In this document: positions 8,609 through 14,919 of the stretch, piece after piece | Layout of the letters: every line of letters begins with the position of its first letter | Numbering within the stretch: position 1 is the stretch's first letter | Assembly (NCBI GenBank): GCA_002763225.1 | Contig: PFAI01000002.1 | Span: 8,695-29,664, forward strand | Origin: Candidatus Diapherotrites archaeon CG10_big_fil_rev_8_21_14_0_10_31_34 | Lineage (GTDB): Archaea; Iainarchaeota; Iainarchaeia; Iainarchaeales; 1-14-0-10-31-34 | Direction: 5' to 3' | Length of the DNA stretch: 20,970 nucleotides | Position numbers and translations under genes: made by a program | Notes under the pieces: model-generated | Databases searched by the model: none | Told to the model about the DNA's origin: nothing | The model's input: only the letters and a program-made list of their open reading frames with translations

Positions 8609-9211
8609 TTAATTTTGTTGTGTTTCTTTTACTCCATTTTTATCTATTACTGTTACTTTAACAGCAATTCCACCGGAATAAATATCTCTTTTCTTTGAGG
8701 CTTTAACTGCCCGAACTGCTAATTCAATTCCTTGTTCTGTTGAAAGGTTTTCATTATAATTTTGATCTAAAACTGACATTGCTAATTCTGTTCCTGAACC
8801 GGTTACTGCAAATTGTTTTCTTTCAAGTAATCCTCCGGAAGGATCTACATCAAATAATTCTGGTTTTTGGTTTATTCCGCCAATAATAAACTGAACATAA
8901 AAAGGATAAAATCTGTTTGAATTCAAAATATTTGAAGCAAAAGTTGCAATTGCTTTTGGAGTAATCTTTGTTTCTCTTTCTATTTCAAATAATTTTGCAT
9001 GGCTTCTCAAAAACCTGACTAAAGTTAATGCATCTCCAACAGAACCAGCAATAGTTAAAGCAACATTATCTGCTATCTTGTAAATTTTGTTTACTTCTTC
9101 GTCATAAGCAAGATGGCCCATTGAAGCCCGCATATCTGCAGCCAATACAACAGAATCTTTTGTAACTAAACCCACAGTAGTAGTACCAGTCTTAAGTCTT
9201 TTATCTTCCAA
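8609..9211 (-). CDS. psmB: Proteasome subunit beta
   Basis: Short propeptide then KTG/TTTVGL (catalytic Thr), AADMRAS, TGSG and RDIYSGG. TTG start with GGTGA SD at 9216-9220. Confidence 0.97.
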   Translation of the reverse strand: MEDKRLKTGTTTVGLVTKDSVVLAADMRASMGHLAYDEEVNKIYKIADNVALTIAGSVGDALTLVRFLRSHAKLFEIERETKITPKAIATFASNILNSNRFYPFYVQFIIGGINQKPELFDVDPSGGLLERKQFAVTGSGTELAMSVLDQNYNENLSTEQGIELAVRAVKASKKRDIYSGGIAVKVTVIDKNGVKETQQN

Positions 9212-9263
9212 AAAATCACCACAAAAATAGTAAGTGTGCCTATAACTAATGACTTCATAACCA

Positions 9264-9277
9264 TTTAAAAACCTAAG
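9264..9277 (-). promoter_or_regulatory. Probable TATA box for psmB(-fttA)
   Basis: The minus strand reads AGGTTTTTAAA ~50 nt upstream of the psmB start, leaving room for a leader carrying the GGTGA SD. Confidence 0.4.
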
Positions 9278-9297
9278 GGAAAGCTTTGTTCTTTATT

Positions 9298-10299
9298 TCA
9301 GTATTTTGGAATCATTGCATCAATTATTGTTATTACATATGTTTCCAGGAATGCAGCAAAAACTAATAACAGCAATGAAATTCCCATTAAAATAAATGAA
9401 TGAGTTAAAACTCTTTCAAATCTTTCTGATTCAAGGCTTTCTTTTGCTATTCCTTGAGAGGCAATTCCTCCAGAAATTGCTGCAGTAAAATAAGTTAATG
9501 CTTCCACTGCAGTATGCGGCAAAACCGTAAGCAATAGCAAACCAAAAAACACTATTGGATTTTTGTCTGCAATTGGTGCAAGTTCTAAAGATTTATGTGC
9601 AAAAACTATTCCCCAAACAGATGCATTCCATGTAATAATAAACATTGCTCCAAAACCATAAATTAATGCAACCAAAAAAGTCACAATTAAAACCCATAAA
9701 TTGTTTTGTATTATTCCGATAAAAAAATCAAATTTAGCGCAGTCCCCAAACAAGCATTCATCATTTGCACTTCCAATTGCTTCGCCTGATGAATTTCTTC
9801 CTAAAATCCTTTCATATGCTTCAAATTGTTCTCCAAAAACATATCTGTCTGATACAAGCTTTTCTTCTCCTCCTCTGGTAACTTTTAATTCAATTAATCC
9901 ATTATAATCTCCGGTTTCCTGAGGCAGAACAAAAATCATTAAACCAAACAACAAAAAAGCGCCAAAAAAAGAATACAAATAAACCTGAATCAAATGCTTA
10001 TGGTCAGAATACAGTCCTTTAATAGAAAATTTTTTTGCCCTAAGCTGTAATTCAGTTATTTCTAATCCATTTGACTCTACATTTATTTCTCTTCCTTCTC
10101 TTAAAGCAAGTTCTTCAATTAGTTTGCCTATCAAAGGCATTAAAGCCATTGAAGTAAAAAACACTGAAACAATTCCAATATAGCTTGGAAACAAAAAAAA
10201 TGCTACCAGAATTCCCACTAAAGCATAAATAAACCCCATAATAAATGCCCTGTCAGGAGAAGCACGAAGTTTGTTTGGATTAAGCAATTTAGTTATCAT
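9298..10299 (-). CDS. Stage II sporulation protein M (SpoIIM/DUF95)-like membrane protein
   Basis: IIQNNLWVL, ITWNASVWG, LPHTAVE.LTYF.AAISGG and AAFLE motifs with multiple TM helices. Confidence 0.85.
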   Translation of the reverse strand: MITKLLNPNKLRASPDRAFIMGFIYALVGILVAFFLFPSYIGIVSVFFTSMALMPLIGKLIEELALREGREINVESNGLEITELQLRAKKFSIKGLYSDHKHLIQVYLYSFFGAFLLFGLMIFVLPQETGDYNGLIELKVTRGGEEKLVSDRYVFGEQFEAYERILGRNSSGEAIGSANDECLFGDCAKFDFFIGIIQNNLWVLIVTFLVALIYGFGAMFIITWNASVWGIVFAHKSLELAPIADKNPIVFFGLLLLTVLPHTAVEALTYFTAAISGGIASQGIAKESLESERFERVLTHSFILMGISLLLLVFAAFLETYVITIIDAMIPKY

Positions 10300-10365
10300 T
10301 CACTAAGAATATGTTTAAGGAATTAAAAAGGTTTTGCTGAAAAAGAAATTCCTTTATTTTGACTT

Positions 10366-10397
10366 TTTTGTTTAACCTTTTTTTCTAAAAAAGGTTA
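10366..10397 (-). repeat. Dispersed palindromic repeat, variant copy C, terminator-like
   Basis: The minus strand reads TAACCTTTTTTAGAAAAAAAGGTTAAACAAAA, starting at the FKBP stop codon. It has the same architecture as copies A and B (T-run, AG, A-run hairpin, then ..AAxCAAAA). Confidence 0.5.
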
Positions 10398-11093
10398 TTT
10401 TTCAGCGTGTTTTTTTACTGCTTCATTTGTTTTCTCTTTTGACTGCTCTATTTCTTCAGTAAAAGAAAGCTTTTTTATTTCTTTAAAGCTTTTAAAGATT
10501 GTTTCGGCAAAAGCTGCTTTGCTTCTTGGCTCTGGAACTATTCCGTCAAACAATACTTCAATTTTGTCTTTTTCTTCTTTTAGTTTTGCTTTTTCTCCAA
10601 AAAACTTTTCTTTTAATGCAATTAATTTGTCTTTTTTTTCAGTTAAAATTTTTTCTATTTTAACTTCGTATTCAACATCTTTTCCTGCTAACTCGTGATT
10701 AAAATCCACTCTTATTCTCCCGCCTGAAACGCTTTGGATTTTCCCTCTCATATCATTTAATTCAACTATTAATCCAGGAACAGGTCTGATGTCTCGTGCA
10801 ATAAATTCTTTCATTGGCATTACTTTGATTAATTCAGCGCTTCTTTCTCCAAATGCTTTGGCTGCTTTTAATAAAATCTTTTTTTCTTCTCCTGCTTTCA
10901 TTTTAGTTATTTCTTCTTCTAATGATTTAAGCAGTTCATTGTTTCCGATTGTAATGCTTACAGGAGCATAATTTATTTTTTCATCAAAGATTCCTGCTTT
11001 TACTGCGTTTTCTTTTATTGTTGAATCAAATATTTTTTCACTTGATTTATTTGTTGCAGTATAATCAATTACTGCAATGTCTCCTTTCTCCAT
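10395..11093 (-). CDS. slyD: FKBP-type peptidyl-prolyl cis-trans isomerase (archaeal long type, SlyD-like)
   Basis: GDIAVIDYT, IFDST, AFGER, an IF domain, RIRVDFNHELAGKDVEYEVKI and a C-terminal extension. SD GGAGA upstream. Confidence 0.92.
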   Translation of the reverse strand: MEKGDIAVIDYTATNKSSEKIFDSTIKENAVKAGIFDEKINYAPVSITIGNNELLKSLEEEITKMKAGEEKKILLKAAKAFGERSAELIKVMPMKEFIARDIRPVPGLIVELNDMRGKIQSVSGGRIRVDFNHELAGKDVEYEVKIEKILTEKKDKLIALKEKFFGEKAKLKEEKDKIEVLFDGIVPEPRSKAAFAETIFKSFKEIKKLSFTEEIEQSKEKTNEAVKKHAEK

Positions 11094-11212
11094 TAAATCA
11101 TCTCCTTAAAAAATAAAATCAGTCTCTTTTGACTTTAAGTAATAATATTTACTAAAACTCAATTCTTTTAATACCTTTTCTTCATAGTTCTTTTTTTTAA
11201 AGTGATTTATTT

Positions 11213-12553
11213 ATGGATTCAAAACAATGGTTTGGTATTTTTATTGCAGTAATCATGATTGGCTCAATTTTAGGGTTTGCTTTAATGTTTTCCGGAAACC
11301 AAGGGCAAGAATCAAACCCAGACGTTAATCCGGATTTACCTGATTCAACTGTATTAAACATGTTTGCAGAAAACATTGATGCAAAAGTAGTTGAAGCCCT
11401 TCCCAAAGTTTTGTTTAGCGCTTACACTAATGAAGCAGACATAACCTTAATAAATAAAAAAGTTGCTTCAGTTACAGGAGTATATACTATTAATTCAAAG
11501 TACAGGCAAACTGAAAACAGTTCTTTTGGAACTTCTCTTGTTTATATAGCTGAAATTTCTTTTGATAAAGAAAAATCTCTGGAAGAAATTACTTCAGAGT
11601 TAAATTCAGTGACACAAGAAATCTTGTTTGACCCTGTTTATTTTCAAACAGTTTTAATTAATGTCCCTAAAAACGTCAGGTTTTCCAATGAACAGGGATT
11701 TGATTTGGATTATGAATATGCTGACCCATTGACTGTTGCTTATGTTTTGCCCGGAACACTTAAAGGAGATAATTTATCTGTCCGGATTGACGGTTCTTTT
11801 ACCGGAAACACTTTAGTAAGCTCTTTTGCATCAGTCCTGAAAAATCTGACTGCAGAACCAAAAATTTTAAATTTTGATTTAAATAAAACTGTTGAAGAAA
11901 AGCTTCCGAGAATTGTTTTTGGTTCTTATACAACTTATTCAACTCATATAGAAGATGATTTTTTGAAGGAACAGATTTCTGTTTTAGCTGAAGTTGCTGA
12001 TGTTAATATTGCTTCTCTTAAACCCGATAATTATTTTACTGTTTTCTTTGAAGCAGAAACTGATTTAAATACTGAATTAAATCAATTCCTGCAGGACAAC
12101 AAAGAATATTTTACTTCAATTGAAGTATTTGCTGCAGGACAAGGATTTTCTGCTCAAATTTATTTTGATGAAAACTATAGTTTAAATGAATTATTTCCTT
12201 TGGTTTCAGCTGTTTTGACAGACAGCAATGCATCAGGGATTTCTTTTTCTGAAGCTGTTGGGCAGGTTTTTGCCTCAATTTCCTTAACTTCCAGTGATTC
12301 AGCTCAAACTGTTTTGGAGTTAAATAGTTTATTGGATTCATTGAATTTCACTGAAACTCAAATCCAGCAGGAAGCAGTTGTTGAATTTGATTCTTTTGCT
12401 AATGAAGAAGGAAAAGAGTTTATTTCGGATGAACAAACCATTACAGAAATTTTTGTTTCTCCTGAAGTTCAAGTTGGAGAAGAAGTTAACTTAAAAGTTG
12501 AAGTTGAAACAGTAAGAGATAAACTTGTTTCAATTAGAGCAGCATCAGAATAA
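11213..12553 (+). CDS. Membrane-anchored acidic exported protein with two-fold internal repeat
   Basis: N-terminal TM (WFGIFIAVIMIGSILGFALM) followed by an acidic ectodomain. The two halves share KVVEALPKVLFSAYT / TVEEKLPRIVFGSYT and NEQG...LVS / NEEG...LVS. Confidence 0.75.
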   Translation: MDSKQWFGIFIAVIMIGSILGFALMFSGNQGQESNPDVNPDLPDSTVLNMFAENIDAKVVEALPKVLFSAYTNEADITLINKKVASVTGVYTINSKYRQTENSSFGTSLVYIAEISFDKEKSLEEITSELNSVTQEILFDPVYFQTVLINVPKNVRFSNEQGFDLDYEYADPLTVAYVLPGTLKGDNLSVRIDGSFTGNTLVSSFASVLKNLTAEPKILNFDLNKTVEEKLPRIVFGSYTTYSTHIEDDFLKEQISVLAEVADVNIASLKPDNYFTVFFEAETDLNTELNQFLQDNKEYFTSIEVFAAGQGFSAQIYFDENYSLNELFPLVSAVLTDSNASGISFSEAVGQVFASISLTSSDSAQTVLELNSLLDSLNFTETQIQQEAVVEFDSFANEEGKEFISDEQTITEIFVSPEVQVGEEVNLKVEVETVRDKLVSIRAASE

Positions 12554-13012
12554 TTAACTTCTGTAAATTTTTTTAGGTTTACTTATTGTTTTTTCCGGGG
12601 CTTTAAGGAATTTTAACTGTTTTGTTAATTCTTCTTTTAGCATTTGTTTTTCTTGTTTTGGATGATTTTTTTTAAGTTCTTTTAACAGGCTATTAACTGT
12701 ATCAATTGATTTCATTATGTTTTCGTCTGGCTTGCTTCTTAATCTTTTTCTTTTCAAGCTGTTTTTTGTTTTTTTGTTTAGGTTTCCTCTTTCCCTAATT
12801 GCTTTCCTGACATGAATTTTTGCAGTGTTTTCTTCAATTAATTGTTTTTTTTCTAGTTTTCCCCCTGCTTCCCTTTAGATTCTTCTTCTTTCAATACCTA
12901 TCCTTTCTCCGTCCCAGAACAGAATCGGCTTGGCGTATTTTTTCCCTTTTTTTTCTTTTGGGATTTTCCATAAACTGAAAGTTTTATTTTTTCTTCTTGG
13001 GGGTTCAGGCAT
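12554..13012 (-). pseudogene. Basic orphan gene with a single in-frame TAA; paralogue of 13370-13810
   Basis: From ATG 13012: MPEPPRRKNKTFSLWKIPKEKKGKKYAKPILFWDGERIGIERRRI*REAGGKLEKKQLIEENTAKIHVRK..., continuing in frame into the track ORF 12554-12757. The stop is at 12875-12877. Confidence 0.75.
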
Positions 13013-13014
13013 TT

Positions 13015-13353
13015 TTATTCCTTTTTTAATTTCATTATTGCTTCAGCTATGCCTCCGTTTGACTCTTCTAATGCTTTTATTGCGTCTTCTTTACTTGCTC
13101 CGGTCTGCTCTGAAACCATTTTTAAGTCTTCTTCATTTAATGTTTTTTCTTCTTTTGCTTCTCCAACAACTGAATAAATTTTTTGTCCTTGAGCATTCAT
13201 TACAGTTACATTAGGGTTTTCAATCACTAATTTCCCGCCGTCAGCTAACTCAAATACAACTTTTGTTGCATTTATTTCTTCTGATTTTATTCCAAACTGT
13301 TTCATTAACCCCTGCATTTGTTTTGGATTCATTTTTCCCATTCCTGGAAACAT
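13015..13353 (-). CDS. nac: Nascent polypeptide-associated complex protein (archaeal NAC)
   Basis: MFPGMGKMNPKQMQGLMKQFGIK..EI.A..V, IENPNV, and a C-terminal UBA (EDLKMVSEQTGASKEDAIKALEESNGGIAEAIMKL). The GGTGA SD places the start at 13353, not 13398. Confidence 0.95.
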   Translation of the reverse strand: MFPGMGKMNPKQMQGLMKQFGIKSEEINATKVVFELADGGKLVIENPNVTVMNAQGQKIYSVVGEAKEEKTLNEEDLKMVSEQTGASKEDAIKALEESNGGIAEAIMKLKKE

Positions 13354-13369
13354 TTTATCACCTTTTAAA

Positions 13370-13810
13370 TTATATATCTCTTGTTTTTCTATCTGCAAAA
13401 TTAACTTCTTTTGGTATTTTTAAATATTCTCTTAATTTTTTCATTTCAGAAGTTAATTGAGTTCTTTCTTGCCTTTTTAATGATCCTTCAAGCAGTTTTA
13501 TTACCTCATTAAGTCTTTTTACGTTTTCTTTAACCGTAAAACTTGCAGCTCGTTTGTTTTTCCAATACATTTGTTTTTTTCTGTTAGTTTCTTTTCCAAT
13601 GTAAATTTCCCCGGCTTTTTTAGTTATTTTTCTATCCATTCCAAAAGACCCTATTACATTTGGATTTATTCTTCTTCTATCAATTCCTATGTTTCTTCCA
13701 TTCCAAGTAAGAGTCGGAGTATGAGAATGTTTTGCGCTTGAAGGTCTTCCTAAAGGACCTTTCCATAATACAAATTTTGTTGTTGGGTTCCTTGTTGTTA
13801 ATTTAGGCAT
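13370..13810 (-). CDS. Basic hypothetical protein (MP-start), intact paralogue of 12554-13012
   Basis: 146 aa from MPKLTTRNP. The start was chosen by alignment with the paralogue and a TTAATAAA TATA-like box at 13833-13840; an alternative ATG is at 13828. Confidence 0.75.
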   Translation of the reverse strand: MPKLTTRNPTTKFVLWKGPLGRPSSAKHSHTPTLTWNGRNIGIDRRRINPNVIGSFGMDRKITKKAGEIYIGKETNRKKQMYWKNKRAASFTVKENVKRLNEVIKLLEGSLKRQERTQLTSEMKKLREYLKIPKEVNFADRKTRDI

Positions 13811-13862
13811 AACTAGATTTTGTTCCATTAAGTTTATTAATTTTCATTGTGTCTATTTTTGT

Positions 13863-14516
13863 ATGCAAAAAGGAATTATTTCTTCTTTTGATAAATTTGC
13901 TGAAGCAAACCCTTCACTTAATTTAGATTTAACCCCTCAAAGAGCTTTAGCTTTAAAAGATTATTTTTCTTTTGGAGGCTTTGTTTCAATTATTTCTTTT
14001 GATTCTGGCGCATGGCCTAAATTAGTTTATCCTTCAAAGCAAAGGATTTTGCATCAGTTAAATGAATTAGAGGCAAGCAGGAAATTATTTGAATCAAAGT
14101 TAAATGACTGGAAACAAAAGCATTCAGAGGCAAAAAATTATAAAACAGTTAATGCAATAAAAAAGTTTTCCGAGCCAGTGTATTGGAAGCATTTAATAAA
14201 AAAAATGACTGACAAAGAATACAGTTCTTCGGTTGACAAAGTTAAACTGCCTGTTGACCTGGTTTCAGACAAAAAATACAAGCCAATGATTGAAACTTTT
14301 TTAAAAGATGCAGAATACAGAAGGCATTTAATTGAAGCATTTGAAAATTCTGTTGTATACAAAAAAGACAAAGAATTAGCAAAACACGCAACAAACTTGC
14401 AGGAATTCAGAAAAGATGTTTCTCAGACAAAAATAGATGAATTATCAAAAAAAGTTAATTCAATAAACAAAAATATTTCTTGTTTAAAAGAAATGGCTAA
14501 ATGGGCTGAAACATAA
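13863..14516 (+). CDS. Hypothetical protein, largely helical/coiled-coil
   Basis: 217-aa ORF with Lys/Glu-rich helical stretches; no family recognised. Confidence 0.75.
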   Translation: MQKGIISSFDKFAEANPSLNLDLTPQRALALKDYFSFGGFVSIISFDSGAWPKLVYPSKQRILHQLNELEASRKLFESKLNDWKQKHSEAKNYKTVNAIKKFSEPVYWKHLIKKMTDKEYSSSVDKVKLPVDLVSDKKYKPMIETFLKDAEYRRHLIEAFENSVVYKKDKELAKHATNLQEFRKDVSQTKIDELSKKVNSINKNISCLKEMAKWAET

Positions 14517-14517
14517 A

Positions 14518-14541
14518 CTTTTAAAAAAAGTTTAATCAAAA
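14518..14541 (+). repeat. Dispersed palindromic repeat, copy B
   Basis: AAACTTTT-aaa-AAAAGTTT hairpin followed by AATCAAAA, starting within the stop codon of 13863-14516. 23/24 identical to 6576-6599. Confidence 0.65.
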
Positions 14542-14542
14542 T

Positions 14543-14686
14543 GCACGACATTCGCTTGCGCTCAGTCCTGCTGTAAACGTTTTGCATCGCGGTTCCGTTC
14601 GCGAGCAACGCGCACTATTTTCGCTTAAGCCTTTGCAAGCAAATGCTTGCGAAAACAAGGGATAAATCCCTTTCGCTCGATAGAGC
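14543..14686. other. GC-rich multi-hairpin non-coding element (structured ncRNA or REP/MITE-like)
   Basis: 73/144 G+C by hand count against a strongly AT-rich background, and CG-dinucleotide rich. Five hairpins: 14543-14571, 14587-14604, 14632-14653, 14657-14672 and 14675-14686. Confidence 0.6.
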
Positions 14687-14812
14687 TTAACCTGTTACGC
14701 CTTCAACTACTGCTTTTCCTATTGTTCCATTCTGGTAAGCCAAAAAAAGTGAAACAATAATTATTGCTGCAAAAACTAGAACGATAATCAAATTCTTTGT
14801 TTTTTCATCCAT
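14687..14812 (-). CDS. Small single-TM membrane protein (41 aa)
   Basis: Below the ORF-track cutoff. MDEKTKNLIIVLVFAAIIIVSLFLAYQNGTIGKAVVEGVTG* has a charged N-terminus, one clean TM helix and a short tail. Confidence 0.65.
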   Translation of the reverse strand: MDEKTKNLIIVLVFAAIIIVSLFLAYQNGTIGKAVVEGVTG

Positions 14813-14919
14813 AAATTAATTATGTATACTTATGTTTTTATTTGTTTTGTTTTTTCCTTTTTTTTCACCTGCATTCTGCCTTCAAATCCTTTTTATTCTC
14901 TTTTATTTCTTTTTTTTTA

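Noticed and set aside
12875..12877. Genome-wide TAA recoding
   Set aside because: TAA terminates clearly identified genes in the window (fttA, psmB, slyD, nac) at their expected ends, so the standard code applies.
14423..14608. 61-aa minus-strand ORF across the GC-rich element
   Set aside because: It overlaps the 13863 gene antisense, has a weak TTG start and atypical composition; the hairpins explain the sequence better.
14543..14686. Hammerhead ribozyme, tRNA, SRP RNA or RNase P RNA
   Set aside because: The minus-strand CUGA...GAA lacks the full CUGANGA/GAAA core. There is no cloverleaf or T-loop, no SRP helix-8 motif and no GAGGAAAGUCC.
14842..14919. N-terminal extension of Hel308 in the ORF track
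   Set aside because: T-rich intergenic sequence read from a TTG; helicase-like sequence begins at ATG 14920.
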